A stretch of DNA of 64,000 nt from Eledone cirrhosa (GCA_964016885.1 OZ024759.1:35774001-35838000); one strand, 5' to 3'. Counted from the stretch's first letter, positions 27,862-42,419 are shown. Translations and numbers: made by a program. The notes: generated by a model from the letters alone, not told the origin.

Positions 27862-28162
27862 TTTGTTTGTGTGTATTTCGTATATCTAAAGATCTATGGT
27901 GTACATACATATACACACACAATATATATATATATATAGCTGCTGTTATGACCAGTATTATGTTTACGTCCATGTCATTGTGACAACATTATTACTATTG
28001 TATGTAATCAATCTCATCACATTTAATCTGTTTGCCCAGTCAGGGGTGACAGACTTCTCGGGAACAACAATGAATATATATATGTATAGATGTGATTTGA
28101 TACAGAAGAAATGGTGTCTATATAACAGTATATAATTACTTCGGGAACTCTTGGTTAGCAAG

Positions 28163-28202
<40 letters not shown>

Positions 28203-29776
28203 TATTATGCTTTGGGAGGGTAATGTTTTCAGATAAAGAATCTTGCTAAACAAATTCAGAAACGAAATATATATATATATATATATATATACCATGTGTG
28301 TATGTGTATATATGTGTGTTCATGTGGGTGTGTTAATGAACTGTAAATCACTAAAGCAGGTAAAATAAACAAAAAACTGAATGATGGGCTCTGTACATCT
28401 GCCGAGACCAACAGGTAACATGGTCAAAGGAAACATTGTTACCTTGGTCCACGAGTGGAGGCACCTGGTCTAATGGTTAGTGTGTTGGACTAATGATCAT
28501 AATGTTGAGGGTCTGATCCCTGGACTGGGTAGTGTGTTGAGTTCTTGAGCAAAACGTTTCATTTCACATTGCTCCAGTATACTCAGCTGAAAATGAGTAC
28601 CAATAATAGCTGGGGGTTTAACCCTGCAATGAGCTGGTGTCATGTCCAGGAAAGAGTCTTGTCCTCTCACTTGCTTCTTGCCATAAAACCAGGATAAGCA
28701 CTGGTCTGATGAACTTCCTGGCTTGAGACAGACTTAAACCCTGTGATGGACTGGCGTCATGTCCAGGGGGAGTTCTTGTACTCTCACTCACTTCATGCTA
28801 TGAAACTAGGATAAACACTGGCTTGACAAGCTTCCTAGCATGAGAGACTTTAACCCTGTAGGGGACTGGCTTTCAGTCCAGGGGGAAGTCTTGTCCCCTC
28901 ACTTGCTTCATGCCATGAAACCAGGATAAGCACTGACCAGACAAACCTCCGGGCTTGATAGACTTTAGACATAGACTAGACAATTCTAGATCAAGAAATG
29001 ACAAATCAGGTGATTCAACCAAGATTTGAACTTATGACATCATCTTCTAAAACTTGATACAATGAAATGATACGGGTTTTATTTCTTCCTTTTATTGTTG
29101 TTTTTGTTGCTGTTGTTTTATGGAAATCTGTGTTAGATTAAGTTATAAGGTACGTAGTGTTATTGAATCACATAATTAGGAGTTCGTTTGGTATTATCTT
29201 GATGATGGTAGTGGTGATGATGATGGTGGTGGTGATGATGGTGGTGGTGATGATGGTGGTGGTGATGATGGTGGTGGTGGTGATGGTGGTGATGGTGGTG
29301 GTGATGATGGTGATGGTGGTGATGATGATGATGGTGGTGGTGATGATGAAACTAAGATACACACACACATATATGTGAAAAAATAAATATATATATATAT
29401 ATTTATGTGTGTTTATGCATATATATATACATACATACACACACATATATATATACAAATATAAACATAGATATGCATATATATATACAAACATATATAC
29501 ACATAGATATGCATATATATATATATATATACAAACATATATATACACAGATATGCATATATATATATATATACAAACATATATACACACATAGATATGC
29601 ATATATATATACATGTACAAACATATACACAGATATATAATTATTAAGGCCAGTTAATAGTTAAAACTCAATCTGTGGACTCAAGTTGCTGTGCCCTGGA
29701 TATATCTATTAAGCTATTATTACATACAAACACACGTGTGTGTGTATATATATATATACATATATAAACATATCTG

Positions 29777-29809
<33 letters not shown>

Positions 29810-30651
29810 ATACACATATATATGTGTGTGTATACACATATGTGTGTGTGTATACACATATGTGTGTATACACATATGTGTGTGTGTATACACATGTGTG
29901 TGTATATACACACGTGTGTGTATACATATATATATGGGTGTGTGTGTATACACATATATGTGTGTGTATACATATATGTGTGTGTATACACATATATGTG
30001 TGTGTATACACATATATGTGTGTGTGTATACACATATATGTGTGTGTATACACATGTGTGTGTGTATACACATATGTGTGTGTATACACATATGTGTGTG
30101 TATACACATATATGTGTGTGTGTTGTCACGACAAAAAAACACACAGTCCACGCTGTAATGTGGCCGTGTAGGCAACACGGTAAAAACCTCCCAGACCCAC
30201 ACTGTAAATGTGGTTGGTGTTAGGAAGGGCATCCAACTGTAGAAAACCTGCCAGACAGTCCTATGCGAGCAAGACAATCACTCTTGCCTCAAGTGGGACT
30301 ACCCCCGTCCAAACCCATGCAAGCGTGGAACACGGACGTTAAACGCTGATGATGATGATGATGATGATGTATGTATGTATATATGGATACATACATATAT
30401 ATATATGTATATATGTGTGTGTGTGTGTATGTGTGTGTATATATACATACATAGAGAGACTGACAGACAGACATATATATAACAAATACTTAGCCAAACA
30501 AGTCCTGAATTAAGAGATTAAAATAGTGTAATTCTAGCTGGGATACATAAGTTTGGTAATATATGTTGTCTTATTCTTCATCTCACATACTCTGTCTTGC
30601 TGGCACATATTAAACACCCACACAATATACATACATACATACATACATACA

Positions 30652-30687
<36 letters not shown>

Positions 30688-31545
30688 TATATACATACAT
30701 ATATATATAACTGACTATATATAACAGTCTATATATAACTGTCCATATATAACAGTATATATACTATATACACCTCGACCCACATGAAACAGCCCCCACA
30801 AAGGTAACTATATACTATACACACCCAGAATGACAACAAGAATTGAATCCTGAAGAAATAAGAATCACTTTCGCGCTTCTTAATCTTTCCATCTTATTTT
30901 CTTCCATATAGAAAGATCTCCATTTTAATCAAGACCAAGATATCTTATCTTTAGAATCGAATTTATTCACCTCCTTGTACAAACAATGTTATTATATATC
31001 GCTGTATAACCTTCTCACTCTTTTTCTCTTCCCTTCTGAATATGTGTGTGTGTGTGTGTGTATACACGCAAGTGGAAGCTTAGTAAAATCGAAGCTTTGG
31101 CTGTGGGCAAGCAAAGTCAACCTACTATAGGAATAAGTTAGCAAAGCACTCAATAAGGGTAGGTCCTTAGAGTAATAACATACGTTTAAATTGCTTGACA
31201 AATTGAACATTGCGGTAGGCAAAACCCAGCCACACAATACCAAAGTAACGAAAGAACTAACAGATATATATATATATATATATAAATGGCTTCTAAGGAC
31301 TAGAACTGTTTCATTCGGGAGCAATCATCATCTTGAATGAAACAGTTCTAGTCCTGTAGAAGCCATTTCTATATTAAATATTTATACTCTGCTATGTATT
31401 GAGTACCTTACTTACTGTGGTTACCCCCAATTGAATCTAGGATAAACATATATATATATATATATATATATATGGATCTAGCTGTCAAAACGGCCAGAGC
31501 TCAGCTGTCGGGGTCCTGACTCTCTTCCTATTACCCACTCTATGG

Positions 31546-31598
31546 AAGTTTCAGAAGATCCCGTTAAGGGTGAAAGCAGCGATTTTTTGCTTAAACTT
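31546..31598 (+). ncRNA. Hammerhead-like motif family D, core mutated (second copy 62860-62910)
   Basis: aagttt-CAGAAGA-tcccgttaagggt-GAAAgca...tgcT-T-aaactt; 6-bp stem I. Confidence 0.45.
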
Positions 31599-31791
31599 TA
31601 ATCTGTTGTTTTAATAAATATTTGCTCTACGGTTCTTATATATTTGATATATATTTATCCTTATTGAGCCCTCTTTGGATTTTAGTCTTCACATTTATTA
31701 TTATTACTATATATATCCAGGAGATTCCAAACAGAATGGTTGCATTTTTTCAGGGTATGTCAATATTTCTTTATAAAACTAACCTATATTA

Positions 31792-31857
31792 TATTTTATC
31801 TGATGAAAGTGCACCATAGTTTGCCTTGGTGGCCCTTGAAATATGTATAATGAAATA
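31792..31857 (+). ncRNA. Type I hammerhead ribozyme motif (family A)
   Basis: tattttat-CTGATGA-aagtgcacca...tggtggccctt-GAA-ATAtgTAT-A-atgaaata. Confidence 0.65.
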
Positions 31858-31898
31858 AATATGGTTTTATAAATATAGTTTCCATTTGTTAATATATT

Positions 31899-31937
<39 letters not shown>

Positions 31938-33718
31938 GTGGTGGTTTTGATGATGATGATGAAAATAGCTTAGTAATAAGATTAAACTTCTACGAAGGTG
32001 GAGAGTTTGTGTAGCTTATAATACAGCCAATCCTAGTAATTAGGCTACAATTATGAGGGATGGTCATGGTGGGAATATGCTGCTAGGTCTGCAGGAGTGA
32101 TGGCCTTTGTGAGAATTTCAATAGAAAAGGAAAATCTGTATGTGAATAGCATATATATTAACTGACAGAACAATATATGTGGAAGTATAGATTTATATGT
32201 GTGGGTGTATATATGTGTGTATATATTTATATATACACATATATCTATCTATCTTCAAATATATATATTTCTTTATTATCTATCTTCAAATATATAGATA
32301 GATAGATATAGATAGATATGTGTGTGTGTGAGTGTGTCTGTATATATATATATAAAGATAGAGAGATAGATATGTTGTGTGCGTGTATGTGTGTGTGTAT
32401 ATATATATATATACACACACACACATATATATATATACACATATATATATATACATATATATATATGTATATAGAGAGGGAGAGATATATAGATAGATAT
32501 GTGTATATATGCATATATATATATTTGCATGCATATATAAACACATACAAGGTGTGTTTTAAATTAGTTTATACATCAAGGTGTAAATTAGATAAGTAAC
32601 TAGGTGTGTAGGGTGTATGTGGGTGTATGTAGTGGTGTGAGGGTATGTTGGTATGTGAGTGTGAATGGTGAGTGGGTGGGTGACCCCCAGTCATCATCAT
32701 CGTCCAACTACTGTAGCAGATGGCCACCACCACCACCACCACCACACCAACAGTGTCTTTCATTAGAAGTATGGTAATAATAATAATGAAATATTGTGTA
32801 CAGTGCTCAGGTGCACTACAACTCATCAAAAAGTGTATGTATAGTACATAGGGTAGTGTACAAATGTCAGGAAAATGAACAGTGCATGAGTCATGATACA
32901 CACGTGTGCATGTGTATGGAAGGGGTACATCAGGTGTAGTTTTGGCGTATTTCGGGAAGCATGAGTGTCTTAAAGGATGCAGTGTCTCGGCAGCTAACAA
33001 CTGACGCAGGCAGTTTGTTCCATGCTAATGAAAGGGTTACAGTGTTTATATTTATCTAAAAATCTTTCATCATAATTTTATGTAAGAACCTTTGTTAAGG
33101 CATGTTCCAAACACCAACAGTGTCTTTCATTAGAAGTATGGTAATGAAAGGGTTAAAGTGTTTATATTTATCTAAAAATCTTTCATCATAATTTTATGTA
33201 AGAACCTTTGTTAAGGCATGTTCCAAACACCAACAGTGTCTTTCATTAGAAATATTATAATGAAATGGTTAAAGTGTTTATATATATAAAAATCTTCCAT
33301 CATAATTTTATGCAAGAACCTTTATTAAGTTATGCTCCAAACATAATGAGAAAGTTAGTTATATTGTTAAATCACTGTAAATTCTTGAATATTTTCAAAA
33401 GTATTTGAAAATCATTGGCAGTGTGTTTCAATAGAAATCTGGTAATGAAAGGGCTAAAGTATTTATATTTATCTAAAAACCCTCCATCATAAGTTTTGTT
33501 AAGTTATGTTCCAAACACACCGTTCTTTACTTACACCTACACTTCCAACACTCACAAACTATCAATTTCATATGTTAGTATCTTCTATATCTATATATAC
33601 ACACACATTAATACATATGTATGTGTGAGTGTGTGTATATATATACACATATATATATATATATATATATACACATACACACGTTTATACATATATATGT
33701 ACATATATACATACATAC

Positions 33719-33752
<34 letters not shown>

Positions 33753-34078
33753 GTTTATACATATATATGTACATATATACATATATATATATATATATAT
33801 ACATACATACACACATTTATACATATATATGTACATATATAAATACATATATATATATATATATACATACATACACACATTTATACATATATATGTACAT
33901 ATATAAATACATACATATATATATATACATACATACATACATTTATACATATATATGTACATATATAAATACATACATATATATATATATATACATACAT
34001 ACATACATTTATACATATATATGTACATATATAAATACATACATACATACATTTATACATATATATGTACATATATAA

Positions 34079-34123
<45 letters not shown>

Positions 34124-34385
34124 CATACATACACACATTTATACATATATATGTACATATATAAATACATACATACATATATACACACACGTTTATACAT
34201 ATATATGTACCTATATAAATACATACATATATACACACACACGTTTATACATATATATGTACCTATATAAATACATACATATATACACACACGTTTATAC
34301 ATATATATGTACCTATATAAATACATACATATATACACACACACGTTTATACATATATATGTACATATATAAATACATACATATA

Positions 34386-34458
<73 letters not shown>

Positions 34459-34762
34459 ATATAAATATGCACACACACCAAAGAAAAAATAAAATAAAAT
34501 AAATGAAAAAAAAAAGGGACCCCACCCCAAAATATAAGTCTCTATTTCCTCCCCACAATCAACAACATATACAACTGTTTATATTTTCTTTAATTAAATT
34601 TCCAAACCATCTTTTCCTGTGGAAGACCATCAGACCTTCATCTAGCGCCACCAGTTTCAGTAACTATCCTTCTTCCTTACAAAACAGAGCTAGCACCTGG
34701 TTATCTAGGACTCTAGGTTGGTAATGGTTAGGCTAGTTCTACAGTAATGTGTTTCAGTTTAA

Positions 34763-34982
34763 CCCTTTAGTATTCACATTATTCTATATATACTATTATA
34801 TTTTCATGGTAAAAGCTTTACCTCGCATAATTATCTCACATAATATCGAATCTATGAGATTTTTAAAGTATTTATTTTGAGAACAATACTTTAACATCAG
34901 TTTGAGCAACCAGTTACAGCCAGTTTCAACAGAAAGAGGTAGAGAATTGTGGCCGGTTTTGGCCGGTTTGAACACTAAAGTG
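34763..34982. mobile_element. piggyBac-like MITE, second family
   Basis: TTAA|ccctttagtattca...tgaacactaaagtg|TTAA. Related pieces at about 40890-41250 (split by a SINE) and 50630-53215 (split by a satellite). Confidence 0.6.
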
Positions 34983-35854
34983 TTAAAGGGTTATACTATG
35001 GTAAGCTGACAAATGCTTTTGATACTTCTAGCTCTGATCATGCCATGAAAATTACTGTGTGTTTATATATATATATATATAAATTAAATGTTCATGGACA
35101 TATATATATAAAATAAACGTATCAAACATTGACATGGGATAATTTGTAAAGAGTGTAAACACAGTTTCGGAGAATTATGAATATATGTGTGTGTTTGTGA
35201 GGATAGATGAGGTTTTGTTTATGTATATCTTTCTGAAGACGTGTGAAAAATAATTGAGTATTGCATTTGATTGAACAATATATATTGTAGTCAGCATATG
35301 TAGACTATTATAAAAGGCACAGAAACATATGTTATAGCCATTAAATTCTACTATCTCCTCTCACTGAAGTCTATATTTTTCATGGTACTACACTTGCTTT
35401 TCTATAAGAACAAAGTGGAGGTGTTATGTAATTTCTGGTAGTAAAGTTGAAATATTTATATATATATATTTAAATATTTCATTCTGGGGCTACTTTCTAA
35501 GACAATCCTCTTACTTTTAGAAAATAAGAATTTGGTGCACCTATCCATAAAACTGAACTGCCAGCCCTACTCCACACCGACCCCCCTCATTACATGGGTA
35601 GATATTAGCTACCCTCACATATGTAAAACATATATGAATAATCTGACATTAGGACTTCAGCAAGGTCACTGCATTTAATGTCAAGTCACAGTGAAATCCT
35701 TTTTTATGCTTCAACATAAAAGGAGTAGAAAATATAAGAGGGTCCTTTGTTCTTAATACAGTGTAAAAGGGCTGCTTTAATTGGGTCTACTATCAATGGA
35801 TCTCATATCTTCTTACGATGGGGGGTGGTCTTGCCACCATGACCTTTATGAATA

Positions 35855-35891
<37 letters not shown>

Positions 35892-36121
35892 ATAAATATA
35901 TATATTTATGTATGTATGTGTGTGTTTATGTATATATAAATATACATATATGTGTATGTATATATAAATATATATATATGTGTATGTAAATATATATATA
36001 TATATATATGTATATATAGATAGATAGATAGATACCTCACCATCATTTAATGTCATTTCTCCTGCTAGCAAGGGTTGGGTATATACTTATATGTATGTAT
36101 ATAGATATATATGGGTGCATG

Positions 36122-36180
<59 letters not shown>

Positions 36181-36330
36181 GCTTATTAGTGAGAGGGGGA
36201 TGAAAGGTTTGATTATATAAATATATTTACAAAGAGAATGTCTTACATTACTTCCTGTTCTTTAATATTTGTCAGTGAGAGAATGTTAACCTTTGTTCAC
36301 AACTCCTTCATAGCATTGATAGGGTATGTA

Positions 36331-36374
<44 letters not shown>

Positions 36375-37807
36375 GACCAGCTTTGCCTATGTACAAAGCG
36401 AAACCTAGTCAGTAGGCACCTCTTAACCAAACATACACCCCACCCCACTACCCCTATTCCATCACCCCCACTAACACCACCCCTTTCTCTGTAAAGTTAT
36501 GTTGGGACCACAACATCCAGTCCAAACTAATGAGGTCGTGTAGGTGTCATGACAAAAACACACAGTCCACGCTGTAATGTGGCCGTGTAGGCAACACGGT
36601 AATAACCTCCCAGTCCACACTGTAAATGTGGTTGGTGTTAAGAAGGGCATCCAGCCGTAGAAAACCTGCCAGACAGACCAATATGAGCAAGACATGGTCT
36701 CCCGACCAACCTACATACACATATATACACACACTGTATGGCTAACCAGCTGTGAGCTCAACTTCCCCCTCCTCCACCACCACTCCCCCCCCCCCCAACT
36801 TAACAATACTTAGTTAAATGTCAGTCCCTGATGTTGAACTAACTCACTAATCCAGAACAACCCCTCATACCACCACCCCACCAGGGTCTCCCCACCACCA
36901 CAGGTTCGTTCACCATCACCACCAACAACCTCTTGGGTCTCCCCACCACCACCATAGTCTTCCCACCTCCCTCATACTCACACACTCCATCACACACATA
37001 CACACAGGGGGAGTGGGGTCAATTGACCATTGTATCCCTTCCCACCATCACCACCCCACCACTTGGATATCTATCACCACTATCACCACCTACATACCCC
37101 CCCCTAGGGTCACCCCCCCCCCCCCCCTCAGTGGGTTGGTACAGTCCTATACACCACACTTAATAACAATAGCAACAACAACATTGGAGCAGACAGTTAT
37201 TCTTCTCCTCCCCCCTCCTCACTTTAAAGCAATGGAATGTGGAATGGATCTCCATCAGTTGAGAAGATGAGTGTTCCAGTTGTTTAATCACCAGAACAAC
37301 TTGCTGCTGCTGCTGCTTGTGAAATTATTATGTACATGGCTGACTGTTTCAGAGAGGTGTGTGTATGTACTCTTGTAATTCTCAGGGAGATTCATGTAAA
37401 TGGCTGGCTGTTGGCTGTTTCACAGATGTGTGTGTATGTACTCTTACCATAATTCTCAGGGAGAGTCAGCATAATGCAGAGTGACAAAGTTGACCCTTTG
37501 AATTACAGGTACTCTGTTGATCCTAGCTCATGCAGTAGACTCCTGCTTGTGCAGTTGATCCAAGCTTGTGCAGTTGATCCAAGCTTGTGCAGTTGATCCA
37601 AGCTGCTGTATCGATATGAATCACTTACAATAAAATTTTGCTGGAGAAAGATTAGCAAAATTTAATATGGAGGGGGTGGTGGTGATAAGAATGGAGAGAG
37701 AGGTTGGAAAAAATCTGAAAAATTAATAAGCTGACAGGGTGAGCCATGGTTCAAGACCTGAGAGTACCTAACTCCCTTGTGTATGTGTGTGTGTATATAT
37801 CTATATA

Positions 37808-37851
<44 letters not shown>

Positions 37852-37942
37852 TATATATATATGGACCTGTTATTTTTATCTAAAGACATTTTTTCCAATT
37901 CCAGCCCGCCCGTCCCCTCAATCTATTTTATTTCTCATTCTT

Positions 37943-37978
37943 TCTTCTGATTAAGGGCTAGCATCCGAAACGTTAAGA
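37943..37978 (+). ncRNA. Minimal hammerhead motif, core mutated
   Basis: tctt-CTGATTA-agggctagcatcc-GAAACGTT-aaga. Confidence 0.45.
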
Positions 37979-38127
37979 CCCTCTTCCTGTTATATCAAGC
38001 GTTAACCTAATATATCCCTTCTATATACTGTACTGATTGTGTTGTTATTTCTGTTTACCTTTTACATACATACATATACAAAATAATTGTTAAGCTTGTT
38101 GAATTCCAACAAATTAAATATAACCTC

Positions 38128-38175
<48 letters not shown>

Positions 38176-38424
38176 AACACACACATATATATATATATAT
38201 ACATATATATACACACACACAAACACACACATATATATAGTGCGGTGGGAGATGGGGGAGGAGAGGGTGACGGAAGTTTGTAAGGAAATTATCACAGCTC
38301 ATAAATGTTTGTTTAAATGTTTGTTGATGTGACTGTCTGTTGTATGGTGAGACAATTGTGGTAACTGTACAGTGGTAAAGACATGTGAGGAAGTATAAAG
38401 AGGGAGAGTGTTGGGGAGGAAGGG

Positions 38425-38531
38425 GGGATAGAGAGAGAGAGAGAGAGAGAGAGAGGTGAGAAGTTGTGGGGGAACGAAAACGAGGAAGTGAAAGATAGAG
38501 AGGGGGAGGTGGAGAGAGGGGTATAGAGAGG

Positions 38532-38571
<40 letters not shown>

Positions 38572-40032
38572 GAGAGGTAGGAAGAGAGAGAGGCAGAAGA
38601 GAGGTAGGAAGAGAGAGAGAGAGGAGAGGTAGGAAGAGAGAGAGACAGAGAGGAGAGGTAGGAAGAGAGAGAGACAGAGAGGTAGGAAGAGAGAGAGGCA
38701 GAAGAGAGGTAGGAAGAGAGAGAGGCAGAAGAGAGGTAGGAAGAGAGAGAGGCAGAAGAGAGGTAGGAAGAGAGAGAGGCAGAAGAGAGGTAGGAAGAGA
38801 GAGAGAGAGGAGAGGTAGGAAGAGAGAGAGAGAGGAGAGGTAGGAAGAGAGAGAGAGAGGAGAGGTAGGAAGAGAGAGAGAGAGAGGAGAGGTAGGAAGA
38901 GAGAGAGAGAGAGGAGAGGTAGGAAGAGAGAGAGAGAGGAGAGGTAGGAAGAGAGAGAGAGAGGAGAGGTAGGAAGAGAGAGAGAGAGGAGAGGTAGGAA
39001 GAGAGAGAGAGAGGAGAGGTAGGAAGAGAGAGAGAGAGGAGAGGTAGGAAGAGAGAGAGAGAGGAGAGGTAGGAAGAGAGAGAGACAGAGAGGAGAGGTA
39101 GGAAGAGAGAGAGACAGAGAGGTAGGAAGAGAGAGAGACAGAGAGGTAGGAAGAGAGAGAGGCAGAAGAGAGGTAGGAAGAGAGAGAGGCAGAAGAGAGG
39201 GAGGAAGAGAGAGAGAGAGGAGAGGTAGGAAGAGAGAGAGACAGAGAGGAGAGGTAGGAAGAGAGAGAGACAGAGAGGTAGGAAGAGAGAGAGGCAGAAG
39301 AGAGGTAGGAAGAGAGAGAGGCAGAAGAGAGGGAGGAAGAGAGAGAGAGAGGAGAGGTAGGAAGAGAGAGAGAGAGGAGAGGTAGGAAGAGAGAGAGAGA
39401 GGAGAGGTAGGAAGAGAGAGAGAGAGGAGAGGTAGGAAGAGAGAGAGAGAGGAGAGGTAGGAAGAGAGAGAGAGAGGAGAGGTAGGAAGAGAGAGAGAGA
39501 GGAGAGGTAGGAAGAGAGAGAGAGAGGAGAGGTAGGAAGAGAGAGAGAGACAGAGAGGAGAGGTAGGAAGACAGAGAGAGAGGAGAGGTAGGAAGAGAGA
39601 GAGAGACAGAGAGGAGAGGTAGGAAGAGAGAGAGAGACAGAGAGGAGAGGTAGGAAGACAGAGAGAGAGGAGAGGTAGGAAGAGAGAGAGAGACAGAGAG
39701 GAGAGGTAGGAAGAGAGAGAGAGACAGAGAGGAGAGGTAGGAAGACAGAGAGGAGAGGTAGGAAGAGAGAGAGAGACAGAGAGGAGAGGTAGGAAGACAG
39801 AGAGAGAGGAGAGGTAGGAAGAGAGAGAGACAGAGAGGAGAGGTAGGAAGAGAGAGAGGCAGAAGAGAGGTAGGAAGAGAGAGAGGCAGAAGAGAGGGAG
39901 GAAGAGAGAGAGGCAGAAGAGAGGGAGGAAGAGAGAGAGAGGCAGAAGAGAGGGAAGAAGAGAGAGGGAGATAGAGAGGAAAAGAAATAGAAAGAGGAGA
40001 AGGAGGGCAGAGAGAGAGAGAAGGAAGGGAGA
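38425..40032. repeat. Purine-rich compound satellite, about 1.6 kb
   Basis: (gaggagaggtaggaagagagagaga)n variants; source of the 578-aa S/L ORF. Confidence 0.95.
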
Positions 40033-41358
40033 AGTATGTTTGCCATCATCCCCAGTTAATCATTCCCACATTTACCTTAACAACAACAACAACAACAGTA
40101 TTTAAAGAGAACATCTTGCTACCATTTCTTCCCTCAACATCCCTACCATTATATTACAGAGATTATAACATGAAACTCTGTTGTAGTTTTTGAAGAATCA
40201 GAGAAGCTGGAATTTAACCCTTTTGATACCGACCCCCCTTGAATTCCCCCCAAGACACCTCCAACAAGATATACCTTGGAGGAGGCCAGCTAAACCTGCA
40301 GAGGTGTGAACTGTAACACACACACATACTGGACGGATTGTTGTGAAAATTTACAGTATTAAAGTAAAGGCTTTCATATTAAATGTGGTGCAGTTTTGTA
40401 CTTTCCAAGAATGTCTTACCAATGTTTCATGAGGTTTGTTAATTCAAATGTTTATAGTAACTTTACTGGTACTCAGATTGTTGTGAAAATTTGCAGTATT
40501 AGAATGTCTTGCTAATGTGGTTTCATGCACTACCGGACATTAAGAGTTAAACCTTTCATCATAATTTTATGCAAGAACCTTTGACTATCTTGATGCAATA
40601 CCACATGAAACCACTCAGGACTCATTTTAATATGTTTATACTTATATTAAAACCTTCCATCATTATTTTATTTTGGAAATTTTTCTTAATATTCCAAACA
40701 TCAATTTACTAATGAAAAACTTAATTATTTTAATGAATTTTTCCATATGTTTAGTTATTCTCAAAATAAATTGAAACACATGGGCAGTGTATTTCATTAA
40801 ATTATGTTCTAAATATCAGCTAATTGTGGAAAAATTATTTTATTGTATATTTGGGACTGTAACTCCTGATGGAGTTGTGGGGCCACATTAACCCTTTAGC
40901 ATTTACATTACTCTAGATAGACTATTATATTTTCATGGTAAATTTAACTCACATAATATCAAATCTACAGTGAATTGGCAGTATCAGTAGAGGGTTGGAC
41001 ACCATGCTTTCCAGCATAGTTACGTCCATTTATGGTCTGAGTTCAAATCCCACCAAGGTTAACTTTGCCTTTCATCCTTACGGCGTCGATAAAATAAGTA
41101 CCATAATACACTGGGATAATTGCTGGCCTTGTGCCAAAAGTAGAAACAATAATATCAAATCTATGGGGTTTTCATATTTATTTTGAGAATAATATCTTGA
41201 TATCAGTATGAACAGCCAGTTTGAACAGATTGAGATGAGAAAATTCTGGCCAGATACACAACACATAACCCAGTCCAAGAATCAAACTCACAACCTTCCA
41301 TTTGTGAATCCAATTCTCTAACCAATAACCCACACACCACCACAAAAATGACTAAAAG

Positions 41359-41479
41359 ATGCTTGCAAGCACCTAGGGTTCCCAAGCAGTCACCCATCTA
41401 AGTACTAACTCGGCTCCATGTTGCTTAACTTCAGTGATTGGATGAGAATTGGTGCTTTCAATGTGATATGGCCGTAAAC
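41359..41479 (-). pseudogene. 5S rRNA pseudogene, full length, intronic
   Basis: gtttacggccatatcacattgaaagcaccaattctcatccaatcactgaagttaagcaac...agttagtacttagatgggtgactgcttgggaa... is colinear with metazoan 5S including boxes A and C. Many differences are CpG transitions; followed by T-runs. Confidence 0.88.
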
Positions 41480-41513
41480 CAGTCCTGGGGTAAAGGGTAA
41501 CAATTTTTCTTAC

Positions 41514-41585
41514 CTGTAGCATGTTTTCAATGTCTGATACATATAGGGATTCTTCCAGGCAGCGCTGCTTTTGCAATGCATAGTC
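41514..41585 (-). CDS. Plakin-domain protein exon (DYALQKQRCLEESLYVSDIENMLQ)
   Basis: tttttcttaccag acceptor, CAG|gtaaga donor, 72 nt, phase 0-0. Helical and resembles plakin 'NSSKARLRSLESLHSFV'. Confidence 0.75.
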
Positions 41586-41829
41586 CTGGTAAGAAAAACA
41601 ATAAAATCTCTTGTCAATAGCATAACAACTTCTCTAGTGTGGGTGCTGTGATAAAATGCACCCAGTAGACTCTGTAAAACTTGGTATCAAGAAGGACAAA
41701 TATCTCAAGAAACCATACCAGATATGAAAAATATTTAATAATAAAATTTTCTTCAAATGAAATTCTACTGTCTTGCCATTTAGAAGAGCAGCAATTCTGA
41801 ATAAGAGCTGACTCTGTTGGTAACAAGAC

Positions 41830-42240
41830 ATGCAACCCTTCTTCACCCACTTATTCCTGAGAGGGTCATAATGGCAGAGTCCTCAGACACACCTTCCAGC
41901 AGGTCCTGTCAGAAGCAACCGTCTCCAACTGATCTGGCTGGATCCTCAAGTGACTCAAGCCAAGCTATGGATGTTATCTAACCATCTTGCTTGGGGTGTA
42001 CCCCTGGGTCTCCTGCCGGTTGGTTTTGCCTGCAAAATCTGTCCAACAATTCTTTCCTGAGATATTCTAACCACATGTCCATAGTATCAGAGCTGTGATC
42101 TCTCAATTCAGAGAAGTAACAGCTCTACCTGGAGTGACTCTCATCTCAGTTAGACACTATCAAGTAACGTTACTCCTACGACCCTTCGGAAGAATTCCAT
42201 TATGGCATTTTGTATTTGTATTCATTTGTTCATTACCCAA
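41830..42240 (-). mobile_element. Degenerate RTE-like LINE 3' fragment (related copy 54940-55240 on +)
   Basis: Interrupted frame EFFRRVVGVTLLD...IERSQL*YYGHVVRISQERIVGQILQAKPTGRRPRGTP.ARWLD. Confidence 0.8.
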
Positions 42241-42371
42241 GATTAATTACCATAATTAAAGATAAACACGAACACCAGATTGAAGATAATGAACTTGGCT
42301 TTTACACCAACCTCCCTATTACTTCAACTACAAAATGTTTCAAAGATATAATTAAGAATTTCTTAACTTAC

Positions 42372-42419
42372 TTCCAGTAATAAATGTTCGAAAGATAGTG
42401 ATTCTCTAATATCTTCATT
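42372..42419 (-). CDS. Plakin-domain protein exon (NEDIRESLSFEHLLLE)
   Basis: tttttgtaatttcag acceptor, GAA|gtaagt donor, 48 nt, phase 0-0. Fits between the flanking exons where plakins have 'YRDCLGRLDLQYAKLL'. Confidence 0.7.

Noticed and set aside
38313-40049. 578-aa Ser/Leu ORF and all IY/VC/HT/poly-His/poly-Val ORFs
   Set aside because: Microsatellite translations.
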